This document shows, in pieces, positions 28,099 through 38,054 of a DNA stretch of 40,943 nucleotides; positions within the stretch are counted from its first letter, which is position 1, and every line of letters starts with the position of its first letter. The DNA is from Candidatus Thorarchaeota archaeon. GTDB taxonomy: Archaea > Asgardarchaeota > Thorarchaeia > Thorarchaeales > Thorarchaeaceae. The notes under the pieces are model-generated. The model was not told the origin of the DNA, did no database searches, and saw nothing but the letters and a program-made list of their open reading frames with translations. The stretch lies in contig JAWAQK010000017.1 in the NCBI GenBank assembly GCA_038893995.1, forward strand, positions 1-40,943, read 5' to 3'. Both the position numbers and the translations under genes were made by a program.

Positions 28099-28836
28099 CT
28101 ATGCCCCATTGGAACGGTCGTCCCGCAGCCACTCCTCAGTAAACTGTGACTCGAGTCTGAATGAGGCCGAGTAGTCTAGTCCGGTAATTGCATTGAGTAG
28201 AGTCTTCGTACGTGACACTAGCAGTCTGCTCTTCGACGCGATACCACGGGCCATCTCTTCAACTGTCGATCTGAGCTGGTCGTGCGGTACGACACGGTCG
28301 GCTAACCCAATCCTGAGTGCTTCGTCCGCGTAGACGGGCCGGCAACTGATCAGTATATCCTTTGCTCTCGCAGGACCTACAAGGTACATGAGGTTGCACG
28401 CAGCACCAGAACCAGGAAATACGCCGACATCGATCTCAGGCAGTCTGAAGACGGAGTCCTGGGCAAATACCCTCAGGTCGCACGCCGAGACCAACATTGC
28501 TCCGAAGCCGACTGCGTACCCATTTACTGCTGCAATTGTGACGCTGTTCCGGAGCTGCCGGACTGCGGCAATCACTCGTTCCAGTCGCCTGAACAGAGCA
28601 TACCTGGCCTCACCCCTGAGCGACCTGATCATCTGTATGTCAAAACCTGCTGAGAACGCCCTCTCACCCTTCCCAGTGAAGACTATCACTGCGCACTCTT
28701 CGTCGCGATCGAGGTCCGATATCACCGTTTCGAACTTCTCAAGCATCTGTGACGTGACCGAGTTGAGCTTCTCAGGACGTGATATCGTGACCTCTGCAAT
28801 CGGACCGTCTCTTCTGACCTCGATGTCTCCTTCCAT
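28099..28836 (-). CDS. Enoyl-CoA hydratase/isomerase (crotonase) family protein
   Basis: AFSAGFDI, IAAVNGYAVG, CDLRV, FRLPEIDVG, ADEALRIGL. Confidence 0.92.
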   Translation of the reverse strand: MEGDIEVRRDGPIAEVTISRPEKLNSVTSQMLEKFETVISDLDRDEECAVIVFTGKGERAFSAGFDIQMIRSLRGEARYALFRRLERVIAAVRQLRNSVTIAAVNGYAVGFGAMLVSACDLRVFAQDSVFRLPEIDVGVFPGSGAACNLMYLVGPARAKDILISCRPVYADEALRIGLADRVVPHDQLRSTVEEMARGIASKSRLLVSRTKTLLNAITGLDYSASFRLESQFTEEWLRDDRSNGA

Positions 28837-28914
28837 CTGCCTCTAGCCTCGACACACGTGCAGTCGCAGGCACAAGATAAGACTGACGTCAGGTCCATTT
28901 CGGTCGTGTGCGAC

Positions 28915-29361
28915 CTAGCAGGCCCTGCAGTCTTCGCCAACGTCTTTGCAGTGTTCGCGATGGAAGATGCACATTGCGCCCGTCTCTCTCAGTATGCGGA
29001 TGAGCCGATTCATCTCACAAGTCATGACCTCGTAGACGTTCTCATGGTCTCCCCTGTTGTCCCATGCCTCGAGTATCTTGTCTGCGGCCTTCTCGATCTC
29101 CGGCTGGAGCTCCGCTGGGATGTCAATCTGGTCGCCCCGTGAGCGGCTAGAACGTTCGATCTTGTACTGAGTGATTGCGGGCTCAGTGACGCCGAGGATT
29201 CGAGCTATCAGCTTCTGGCTTCGACCACGTTGGATCATGGCGTGGGCCAGTTCTCGTCGGAGGGCAGGAATGACGTACCAGACCTCCAGCTCCTGGGGCA
29301 TCAGCCAGATCCTCTTCTTCCCACGCTTTCTGACCACATCCGCGGGCATATCACTCATCAC
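28915..29361 (-). CDS. Archaeal HTH transcriptional regulator with C-terminal Cys/His motif
   Basis: PQELEVWYVIPALRRELA...IARILGVTEPAITQY and C-terminal CIFHREHC....CRAC. Confidence 0.8.
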   Translation of the reverse strand: MMSDMPADVVRKRGKKRIWLMPQELEVWYVIPALRRELAHAMIQRGRSQKLIARILGVTEPAITQYKIERSSRSRGDQIDIPAELQPEIEKAADKILEAWDNRGDHENVYEVMTCEMNRLIRILRETGAMCIFHREHCKDVGEDCRAC

Positions 29362-29447
29362 TCAACGGACTGATATTCACTATTGTGAAGAGACCTCATA
29401 TAAGGCTGCTGTAAGGGTAATCACTCTCGATAACGGATCAGGTCGGT

Positions 29448-30197
29448 GTGACAGAGACGACGGTTGACAGAGATGTGGAAGAAGCAGTCAGACTGATCAA
29501 GGACTCCCAGCACATGGTCGCCCTGACTGGTGCGGGAGTGTCGCAGGAGTCAGGGATTCCAACATTCAGGGGGACGGATGGGCTGTGGAGACAGTACGAC
29601 GTCAGCAGGCTTGCCACGCCAGATGCTTTTGAGACAAACCCCTCGCTCGTATGGGAGTGGTACTCGTGGAGGATAGGTCTTATCTCAGAGTGCAGGCCGA
29701 ACCGAGCTCACATCACGCTGGCATCTTGGGAACACCGGGGCCTACTCAAGGCACTCATCACTCAGAATGTCGATGGCCTGCACCAGGCCGCAGGGTCCAA
29801 GAATGTGATTGAGGTCCATGGCAGTATACACCATGTGAGGTGCACAGTCTGTAGGTACAGGGGCCCAACACCGGTCCAGATAGAGGGAATACCTGTCTGT
29901 CCTGAGTGCCGAGCGTATCTCAGACCAGATGTGGTGTGGTTTGGGGAGGCCCTCGATCAATCGATCTTGCAGAGTGTCTACCATCACCTTCAGTCAGCTG
30001 ACGTCTGCCTCGTGATTGGGACCTCAGGACTGGTCCAGCCGGCAGCCACCTTCCCATTCATAGTGAAGTTTCTGGGAGGACATGTGATCGAGATAAACCC
30101 CGATCGGACTCCACTGACAGACATATCTGATGTCCGATTAGCCGGTAAGGCGGCCGAGACAATGGCGAGGCTCGACGAGCTAGTGACCGGCACATAG
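29448..30197 (+). CDS. cobB: NAD-dependent protein deacylase, class III sirtuin
   Basis: TGAGVSQESGIPTFRG, TQNVDGLH, HGS, two CxxC, RPDVVWFGE, GTSG, and YxxR (YSWR). Confidence 0.93.
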   Translation: MTETTVDRDVEEAVRLIKDSQHMVALTGAGVSQESGIPTFRGTDGLWRQYDVSRLATPDAFETNPSLVWEWYSWRIGLISECRPNRAHITLASWEHRGLLKALITQNVDGLHQAAGSKNVIEVHGSIHHVRCTVCRYRGPTPVQIEGIPVCPECRAYLRPDVVWFGEALDQSILQSVYHHLQSADVCLVIGTSGLVQPAATFPFIVKFLGGHVIEINPDRTPLTDISDVRLAGKAAETMARLDELVTGT

Positions 30198-30313
30198 GCT
30201 GGGACACATCGATGCTCTCTCGATGGTGCCATAGTCCGAACTGCGGGAGACCTGTGTGTCCAGCTCTGAGCAAGAGATAAATCGGAGTTGTCAAGTCCCC
30301 CCATCGGTGGTAT

Positions 30314-31318
30314 ATGCCCATGAGGGTCCTTCTGACCGGAGCGACCGGGTTTATCGGATCAAAGCTTGCACAGCGACTGGTAACAGAGGGCCATTCGGTG
30401 AGGGCTCTGGTCCGCAAGACCAGTGATGTCACCCACCTTCCCAAGGAGCTCGAGTTGCACTACGGCGACGTCCTGGATACGGCATCACTAGAGTCTGCTG
30501 TTGCAGGAATCGATGCGGTCATGCACCTTGCAGCCTATTTCGACTTCTATCCGAGCGATGTCGGTCTTCTCTACCGTGTCAACGTCGATGGCACTCGGGA
30601 GCTCATGAACGCCTGTGTTGGCACCAACGTCGAGAGGTTCATCTACTGTTCAACCACTGAGGTAATAGGTCCAGTCAAGGACCCACCGGGAAATGAAGAC
30701 ACTGAACTGAATCCACAGTTCCACTACTCCAAGAGCAAGGCAGAGGCCGAGAGAGTGGTGAGGGAGATCTCCTCCGACACGGGGGTCAATCATATCATCC
30801 TCAGGCCCACTGGAGTGATGGGGGAGGGGGATCTGTATACAGCCTACGAACTATTGAAGGCGCTTAACGACGGTGAGGTCCCAGTATTGCCTGGAAAGGG
30901 TGACAAGCACATAATGTACACCCATGTGGATGACGTCGTTGAGGGATTTGTGAAGGCCCTCAGCTCAAGACAGGCCCTCAACAGGACCATCATCCTCTGC
31001 CCCGACTATCCAATGACCTACGCTGAACTCATTGACTTTGTGACTGCCGAGCTTGGTGTATCTCCGCCGCGTCTGCGAATCCCCACCAGACTCGCCATGA
31101 TGGGCATTGGCCTACTGAGTCCAATAAAGAACCGGAAGAAGAACACCTTCCTGTGGCACATGAAGACCGTCAAGAGCATGGACGAGGACCGCTGGTACTC
31201 GAACGAGCGTGCCAAGACCCTGCTGGAGTGGTCTCCGAGGGTGACCATGCAGGAGGGCATTCGCCGTGAGATCGAGTGGTGCTGGGCAAACGGTCTTCTT
31301 GAGCGGAGGAGACAGTGA
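30314..31318 (+). CDS. NAD-dependent epimerase/dehydratase (extended SDR)
   Basis: TGATGFIG, HLAA, YSKSK catalytic motif, HVDDVV. Confidence 0.9.
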   Translation: MPMRVLLTGATGFIGSKLAQRLVTEGHSVRALVRKTSDVTHLPKELELHYGDVLDTASLESAVAGIDAVMHLAAYFDFYPSDVGLLYRVNVDGTRELMNACVGTNVERFIYCSTTEVIGPVKDPPGNEDTELNPQFHYSKSKAEAERVVREISSDTGVNHIILRPTGVMGEGDLYTAYELLKALNDGEVPVLPGKGDKHIMYTHVDDVVEGFVKALSSRQALNRTIILCPDYPMTYAELIDFVTAELGVSPPRLRIPTRLAMMGIGLLSPIKNRKKNTFLWHMKTVKSMDEDRWYSNERAKTLLEWSPRVTMQEGIRREIEWCWANGLLERRRQ

Positions 31319-32928
31319 TGGATGGTCTCATTGGGTTTCTGCTGATATCTTTCCCGATCGCACTGGCATTTGTGATGCTTGCATTCCTGAGGAGACAGGC
31401 GCACACTACGGGAGTGGTGGTATGGCTACTGACGGTAGTCATCGCGGTCTTCGCCTTCCAGACTGACCCTGCCATAGCGGCCACTGCTAGCGCCGCAGGA
31501 ATCGTAAACTCATTTCCCATCTCGCTCATGGTCGCGACGTCGATCCTGATGATGACCTACATGCAGGAGTCAGGTGCCCTCCAGAGGTTGATAGTCTTCT
31601 TCAAGACCCTTGGCGGGGGCAGCAGGCCGATGCAGATAATGCTCATCAGTCTTGGACTGGGTCTGTTCCTTGTCGGGATAGGCGCGACACCCGTATCCAT
31701 GTTGCCTCCGGTCATGCTTGCACTTGGTTTCAGTCCGTTGGTGGCAGTTGCTCTTCCTGCAATAGGCTATGACCCGCTGACTACATTCGCGCTGCTCGGA
31801 GTCCCGGCCGTCGTATTCTGGACCGAGTACAACGGGCTCCACGAACCGGATGTGACACTGGCCGAGGCAGGCTCAGTGTTTGCGTGGTACATGCCCATCG
31901 TGACCACCGGGATTGCAATTGCTATGCTGTGGATTGGAGGTGGCAGGAGGCTGGTCAGGGACAGAGAGGGCATCCTGTTGGCCATCATCTGTGGCCTGAC
32001 GGCAGGCACCACGGCAATCGTGATGAACTCTCCGCTGGTGAATCAGACGACTCTCACAAATGTGGCAGCAGGTATTGCCGTCATGACGGTCCTCATGATC
32101 TACACGAGGCTGAGGCACCGCTCGCTCGTCGACAGGAGCACACTGACAGAGGACGACCTGAGGACAGAGAGAGGCATGAGCCTCGTCAGAGCATCCTCTC
32201 CCTGGGTGATACTGGTGGCGCTCTGCCTCCTGACGAATCTCATTCCAGAGATCAAGTATCTGCTGTTCAATGTCCTGACCTTCCCCGTAAAGGTCGGAGA
32301 CTATCCCACGCCCGGCGGGGCAGGAATACCCACAAGATTCCTCTGGCAGGCCTACACGCTGATGCTTATCGCGACTGTACTCTCTATGCCATTCCTGAGG
32401 CACGATCGGGCAACTCTCAGAAACACTATGATCAAGACCCTTCATAGGGCACCCAGGCCTGTGCTTGCATCGGCCATATTCTTCTCGATGGCTGAGGTCA
32501 TGAACTTCAGCGGTTACAGTGTTGGAACAGGCGGATGGACCTTCCCGACCGATCCGAGCAACAACATGATCTTCCTGCTGGCGACTCTGACCAGCTCGAG
32601 TCTCGGTCCGCTCTACCCGATGACGGCGGCCTTCCTCGGGCTGCTGGCAGGATTCATATCCGGCAGTGAGGCCTCAGCGATAAAGATGTTCACCCGCTAC
32701 CATTACGAGACGAGTAACCTCATCGGGGCAAATGCGATCGTCGTTGCCGCCTCGAATGGGATCGGCGGTGGTCTCGCGAGCGTACTGAGTCCTGCAAAGA
32801 TTCAGAATGCGGCAGCTGTCATCGACAGGATTGGGATTGAAGGTGAGGTCATCCGCTACGGCCTCGTCGTGGCGATCCTGATGACTCTCGTCACTGCCCT
32901 CGTGACAATGTGGTTTGCCTTCCTCTAG
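31315..32928 (+). CDS. lctP: L-lactate permease (LctP family)
   Basis: Polytopic protein with ESGAL, GFISGSEASA and LSPAKIQNAAA. Overlaps the upstream stop by 4 nt. Confidence 0.8.
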   Translation: MMDGLIGFLLISFPIALAFVMLAFLRRQAHTTGVVVWLLTVVIAVFAFQTDPAIAATASAAGIVNSFPISLMVATSILMMTYMQESGALQRLIVFFKTLGGGSRPMQIMLISLGLGLFLVGIGATPVSMLPPVMLALGFSPLVAVALPAIGYDPLTTFALLGVPAVVFWTEYNGLHEPDVTLAEAGSVFAWYMPIVTTGIAIAMLWIGGGRRLVRDREGILLAIICGLTAGTTAIVMNSPLVNQTTLTNVAAGIAVMTVLMIYTRLRHRSLVDRSTLTEDDLRTERGMSLVRASSPWVILVALCLLTNLIPEIKYLLFNVLTFPVKVGDYPTPGGAGIPTRFLWQAYTLMLIATVLSMPFLRHDRATLRNTMIKTLHRAPRPVLASAIFFSMAEVMNFSGYSVGTGGWTFPTDPSNNMIFLLATLTSSSLGPLYPMTAAFLGLLAGFISGSEASAIKMFTRYHYETSNLIGANAIVVAASNGIGGGLASVLSPAKIQNAAAVIDRIGIEGEVIRYGLVVAILMTLVTALVTMWFAFL

Positions 32929-32958
32929 AGACAGGAAGAGAAGGCGAGAGAGGCGAAC

Positions 32959-34866
32959 ATGATGTTACTGATGACACCTGAGCACATCAGAAGCCTCACG
33001 CTGGAGAACAGACTTGTGATGCTGCCCATGCATCTTGGGCTATGTAGCAATGGAGTTGTCTCGTCCAGAGTGGTCGACTTCTATGTTCACCGGGCGAGAT
33101 ATCGGCCAGGTCTGATCATCGTGGGGGGATGCTACATAGAGCATGTTGGAATGAGTCTACCCAGCATGATAGGAATAAGTAGCGACGACTATATCGATGG
33201 TCTCAGGAAACTGGTCGATGCGATACACGAGCACGGTGTCCCCGTGGCAGCTCAGCTGTATCATGCCGGGAGATACGCCCACTCCCTAGTCATCGGAGAA
33301 CGGGCAGTGTCAGCATCCGAGGTCCCGTGCAGACTCACGAACGAGATACCGAGAGCACTGACGACAGAGGAGGTGCACGCCGCCGCTCGTAGTTTTGGTC
33401 TGGCAGCCAGGAGGGCGATGACTGCAGGCTTTGATGCAGTCGAGATACTGGGCTCTGCGGGATATCTGATCAACCAGTTTCTGGCGAGCGTGACGAACCA
33501 CCGTACTGACGAGTACGGAGGCGATCTCATGGCCCGTGCGCGTTTCCCGCTGGAGGTCATACAACGCGTACGGGAGATGACCAGTCCGGAGTATCCCGTG
33601 ATATATCGAATGAGCGGCGAAGACTTCGTGGAGGGCGGCCTGACTATCGAGGACAACGTGAGACTTGCGCCACTGTTCGAGAAGCAGGGAGTGGATGCGT
33701 TCAACGTCACAGGAGGATGGCATGAGACCCGAATTCCTCAGACTACAATGGACGTCCCACGGGGTCACTTTGCGTACCTGGCCGAGCGGATAGCTGAGGT
33801 GGTGAACGTTCCTGTGATAGCCTGCAATCGGATCAACTCTCCGACTCTTGCAGAGAAGATTCTATCGCGCGGCAAGGCACGTCTGATTGGAATGGGGAGG
33901 GCCTTCCTCAGCGATCCTGCCATTCCTGAGAAGATCCGCACCGGTCGCCGTGACGAGATAAGGACTTGCATTGGCTGCAATCAGGGGTGTCTTGATCGTG
34001 TCTTCATGATGGGGGCTGTCACCTGCGCGATCAATCCCGAGGCCGGTTTCGAGGGCTCAAGGCACATTGGAGATCCGCTGAGAGGCAGGATTGCAGTCGT
34101 TGGAGCAGGACCCGCAGGAATGGAGTGTGCGAGAGTCCTGGCACTGCGTGGTGCCGAGGTCCACCTCTACGACAGTCACGACAGGGTCGGCGGTCTGCTC
34201 AGACTGGCTGCAAGAATCCCGGGTAGGGGCGAGTTTGCGGCTTACACGTCGTTCATGCAACGAGAACTCACCAGACTAGGCATCATGATGCATCTGGGTC
34301 ACACCGTTGCACGTCACGAACTGGGTGACTTCGACTTCGTAGTCTGCGCCACTGGTACCATCCCGACGGCGCCGCCAGTAGATGGTGTTGAGTCTCCGAC
34401 TGTCTTCGACGCATGCACTGTACTCGAGAATCCCCCCGAGAATGTGGGTCGCGCAATTGTGCTTGGTGATGGAAGCATGGCCTGCTATGCGGCACTGTTT
34501 CTCAGCACGATCGCCGAGTGTGTCCACCTCCTGACTGAACGTCAGCACATCTGTGAGGACATCGGCAGGACGACCCGTTGGATTGTCATGAAACAGATCA
34601 GAGAACATGTAAAGCTCCATCTAGGAGTACGAGTCTCGCAGGTCGGAAAGGACTTTGTGATCCTGAACGAGGAGGGAGAGGTCCGACTACTCTCGGGAGA
34701 TCTACTAGTTGTTGCATCGACTCCTGAGCCCCGGAACAGACTTGCCCAGAGTCTGTCGGCGGCAGGCATCCCGTGTGCCCCTGTGGGCTCGGCGGAGAGG
34801 CCCATGGACCTCCTTGAAGCTGTACACTCTGCCTATCAGTTCGCCAACAGGCTGACACTCAGCTGA
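32959..34866 (+). CDS. fadH: 2,4-dienoyl-CoA reductase-like FMN/Fe-S/FAD oxidoreductase (OYE family)
   Basis: NRLVMLPMH, QLYHAGRY, GYLINQF, RTDEYGG, GWHETRIP, CIGCNQGCLD [4Fe-4S] motif, VVGAGPAG. Confidence 0.82.
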   Translation: MMLLMTPEHIRSLTLENRLVMLPMHLGLCSNGVVSSRVVDFYVHRARYRPGLIIVGGCYIEHVGMSLPSMIGISSDDYIDGLRKLVDAIHEHGVPVAAQLYHAGRYAHSLVIGERAVSASEVPCRLTNEIPRALTTEEVHAAARSFGLAARRAMTAGFDAVEILGSAGYLINQFLASVTNHRTDEYGGDLMARARFPLEVIQRVREMTSPEYPVIYRMSGEDFVEGGLTIEDNVRLAPLFEKQGVDAFNVTGGWHETRIPQTTMDVPRGHFAYLAERIAEVVNVPVIACNRINSPTLAEKILSRGKARLIGMGRAFLSDPAIPEKIRTGRRDEIRTCIGCNQGCLDRVFMMGAVTCAINPEAGFEGSRHIGDPLRGRIAVVGAGPAGMECARVLALRGAEVHLYDSHDRVGGLLRLAARIPGRGEFAAYTSFMQRELTRLGIMMHLGHTVARHELGDFDFVVCATGTIPTAPPVDGVESPTVFDACTVLENPPENVGRAIVLGDGSMACYAALFLSTIAECVHLLTERQHICEDIGRTTRWIVMKQIREHVKLHLGVRVSQVGKDFVILNEEGEVRLLSGDLLVVASTPEPRNRLAQSLSAAGIPCAPVGSAERPMDLLEAVHSAYQFANRLTLS

Positions 34867-34937
34867 GTGCCGCAGGAATCATTCTTAAAGGCCACAGAGC
34901 CTATCGGAATCCACGGAACAAGAAGGAGTAACAGGAC

Positions 34938-36104
34938 TTGTCCGACGACATCTATTCGCATGACATTCTGACATACCCTCTGTTCAGCGAGCTGAATGCA
35001 GTGATAAGTCGTCATTTTGAGGTGACTGACAGTGCGATCGAGTATGGCATGCCCGTGTTCCTTTTCCGATGGCCGAATGGTATCGTCCCGCATTCCGACG
35101 AGCAGACAAGGGTCTTCGACGAGCTCGACAGCGAGGCAGAGAGGTTGGGCGTGTGGCCCGTGGTCCGATGGAGAAATAGGAAGGAGGGAGAGTATGTCGC
35201 CCATTTTGTGCGTGTGCAGAAACTGCCTCCGTCTGATGTCCGGATCAACTATGCCCTCTTCATTGCTACTATGTGCACTATAGCCATTGGTGGCTTCCTG
35301 CAGGCGACAAACCCCGTGTTCCTGTCCTTGTTTTATCCGAATGGGTGGACCTACCTGGATATTGCGCTTGTCACATTCTCGTTCATCGCGTCGATAATGG
35401 GGATCTTCTTCACACACGAGATGGGGCACTATCTCATGGCAAAGCGGCGAAGAGTCGAGGCAACGCCTCCCTACTTCATACCCGGCATTCCAGATCTGGG
35501 CGGGACCTTTGGTGCTTTCATTCAACAGAGGAGTCCTCCCAGACACCGTCGTGACCTCTTCGACCTGGGTGTGGCAGGACCACTGGCTGGGTTTGCAGTC
35601 ACAGTGGTCGTACTAGTGGTGGGCTACCTCCTCTCGCTCCCCATCACTGCTGAACAACTTGCCGCAATCAAGGCCGAATTCCCAGACATGGTCGGTGAGC
35701 TTGGAGTACCGCTGCTGTATCTCTTGCTCGACGTAGTATTCGCAGGGTTCATTCCGGAGGGAGGTACGCTATACCTGCATCCGATCGGTTTCGCGGCATG
35801 GGTCGGTTGTCTGGTAACATCTCTCAATCTCTTCCCGGTGAGTCAACTTGACGGCGGACATGCCCTTCGTGCCATTGTGCCGGCGAGAGTACACAAGGAG
35901 ATCGGGTATATTGCAATCATCGCAATGCTATTGGCTGGGTTCTTCATGATGGCCATCCTAGTATTGCTCCTGTCCCAGGGCAGAGAGCACCCGGGCCCAC
36001 TGAACGACACCGTACCACTATCGCGGGGGCGACAGGTCTTGTTCATACTGGTCATGATCGTCTTGATACTGTGTATACCCCCTCTCTCGCTCATGATGTT
36101 CTGA
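34938..36104 (+). CDS. Site-2 protease (M50 family)
   Basis: HEMGH, GTFGAFI, AGPLAG, NLFPVSQLDGG. Confidence 0.92.
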   Translation: MSDDIYSHDILTYPLFSELNAVISRHFEVTDSAIEYGMPVFLFRWPNGIVPHSDEQTRVFDELDSEAERLGVWPVVRWRNRKEGEYVAHFVRVQKLPPSDVRINYALFIATMCTIAIGGFLQATNPVFLSLFYPNGWTYLDIALVTFSFIASIMGIFFTHEMGHYLMAKRRRVEATPPYFIPGIPDLGGTFGAFIQQRSPPRHRRDLFDLGVAGPLAGFAVTVVVLVVGYLLSLPITAEQLAAIKAEFPDMVGELGVPLLYLLLDVVFAGFIPEGGTLYLHPIGFAAWVGCLVTSLNLFPVSQLDGGHALRAIVPARVHKEIGYIAIIAMLLAGFFMMAILVLLLSQGREHPGPLNDTVPLSRGRQVLFILVMIVLILCIPPLSLMMF

Positions 36105-36187
36105 ACGATGAGAGCGTTCTGAGTCTTGCTCGTACGGCATGGACAGGGCACGAGGCATGCTCGTGCCAGATAGTGTGCAGCATACAC

Positions 36188-36844
36188 CTACTCGTCGTCG
36201 AGATCCTCGTCCTCTGAATCGTCGTCCTCCACAGCGACTGGTGGGGGTCCTGTGTCCTCGTAGTCTCCACTCCAGTCCTCACCCTCTGGGATCCTCATGA
36301 CTCCCAGCTGGATGAGCCTGTCCATGACCTTCTCAGCGGCCTCCTGAATCTGGGGCTCGAACTTGGCACCGGTGATGACCAGCTTGCCCGAACCAAACAG
36401 TAGGATGACGACCTTCGGATCTCGCATTCGGTAGATGAGTCCGGGAAACTGCTCAGGCTCGTAGAGGGTATTCTCCAGCTTCATTGCAGCAAGCTCAAGA
36501 TTGAGTTCTGCACCTAGGCTTGCACTCGCAACTATATTCTGAACTACTATGATGGGCTTTCCAGTAATCTCGATGCCCGCCTCTTGAATGTTCTTCACGA
36601 TCTTGTGTACTGCCTTCTTGGCCTCCTTCTCGGACTTGGCACCTGTGCAGACCATCTTGCCACTGTTGAATATCAGGGTCGCCGTCTTGGGGCTCTTGAG
36701 TCTGTATACCAGACCGGGAAACTGCTCCGGGTCGAACTCTACGTTGGGCATCGTGGCAGCAATCTCGTCCAGGTCAAGACGTTGGTTGAGTATCACAGAA
36801 GCAACGACATTCTCGATCTTGGTAATCGGTCTTGGACGTGGCAT
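36188..36844 (-). CDS. tbp: TATA-box-binding protein
   Basis: Two repeats: NVVAS...PEQFPGLVYR...IFNSGKMVCTGAK and NIVAS...PEQFPGLIYR...LFGSGKLVITGAK. AGGTGA Shine-Dalgarno before ATG 36844. Acidic tail. Confidence 0.97.
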   Translation of the reverse strand: MPRPRPITKIENVVASVILNQRLDLDEIAATMPNVEFDPEQFPGLVYRLKSPKTATLIFNSGKMVCTGAKSEKEAKKAVHKIVKNIQEAGIEITGKPIIVVQNIVASASLGAELNLELAAMKLENTLYEPEQFPGLIYRMRDPKVVILLFGSGKLVITGAKFEPQIQEAAEKVMDRLIQLGVMRIPEGEDWSGDYEDTGPPPVAVEDDDSEDEDLDDE

Positions 36845-36859
36845 CTCTTCACCTGCTTG

Positions 36860-36911
36860 CCCTTTATAAACAGGGGTCAGTGGCGCACTTATAAGGTGAC
36901 CCTTTATAAAC
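36860..36911. promoter_or_regulatory. tbp promoter with three palindromic TATA-like elements
   Basis: CCCTTTATAAAC at 36860-36871 and again at 36900-36911, with CTTATAAG at 36888-36895 between them. Confidence 0.7.
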
Positions 36912-37065
36912 CTCTGCGTCGGAACTTCCTGATTCCAGCTTCTGACACCACGAACTTGGTCAAGAGGACACCTGGTGTTCGGCAAACACATCTGTTCACG
37001 TACATATCCTCATCTGAGCACGCTGTTTATGAAGGGACTCAGACGCTTAGAGGCCTGTGGTCAAT

Positions 37066-38054
37066 GTGCTCTTAGAGGACAGTTCTGTGCTGGTCACCGG
37101 TGGTGCAGGTTTCATAGGATCTCACATGTAGGGAAGTTGATGGAGCTTGGCTGCCAGGTCACGGTGATAGACGACATGAGTGCAGGTACGATGGACAATT
37201 GTAGCAGGTGGCTCGACGACCCCAAGTTCAAGCTGATCAAGGATGACCTCCGGAACAAGGACGCAGTCAGTCGGGCTGTAGGCGGAGCGTCAGTTGTATT
37301 TCACGAGGCTGCAAGGCCGAGCGTTCCCCTTTCCGTAAAGGATCCCCTGACCACCCTGGAGATAAATGTCACTGGAACTGGACTGCTGCTGGAAGAATGT
37401 CGAAGACATGACGCGGAGAAATTTGTGGTGGCCTCCTCGTCATCGGTGTACGGGGACACGCCGATCCTTCCAAGAGTCGAGTCGATGCGGCCCAGCCCGA
37501 CATCTTCCTATGCAGCATCGAAGTTGGCCCAGGAGAGTATTGTCATGTCCTACTACAGGACCTACGGGCTGAATACGACTGCCTTGCGCTACTTCAAAGT
37601 CTACGGACCAAGGCAAAGGTCCGGCTCCTACGCTGGGGTCGCGTCCGCCTTCATTTCAAGTGCATTGAGGCTTCTTCCTCTAACCATGGAAGGGGATGGC
37701 TGTCAGACAAGGGACTTCACGTTTGTGGATGATGTCGTGGACGCTAACATAAGGGTCGCAGAGACTAAGAATACAGCGGGAGAGATCCACAATGTCGGTA
37801 GTGGGTCGCAAGTATCTATGTTTGGTCTTGCAGACACCATACGCCGAACAACAGGGTCCCAATCCCCGATAGTACATGCACCAGAGAGAACTGGTGATGT
37901 GAGACACAGCTTGGCAGGTATCGAGAAGATTCGAGATCAAACCGGGTATACGCCCAGAACAACAATCGAGGAGGGCATCAGAAAGACGATAGCATGGGTT
38001 ACTCAGCGGGCTGATGAGCCAGAGCCAACGGAGACAGGGGAGGACTGTGCATGA
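37066..38054 (+). pseudogene. Frameshifted UDP-sugar 4-epimerase/dehydratase (or sequencing error)
   Basis: GTG 37066 reads LLEDSSVLVTGGAGFIGSHM then TAG (37129-37131). The body (VFHEAA, SSSSVYG, YAASK, RDFTFV) continues in another frame from GTA 37128, consistent with a 1-nt deletion. Confidence 0.8.

Noticed and set aside
36975-37127. Track N-terminus of the epimerase (MFGKHICS...)
   Set aside because: Artefact of the frameshift. The real Rossmann motif is in another frame starting at 37066.
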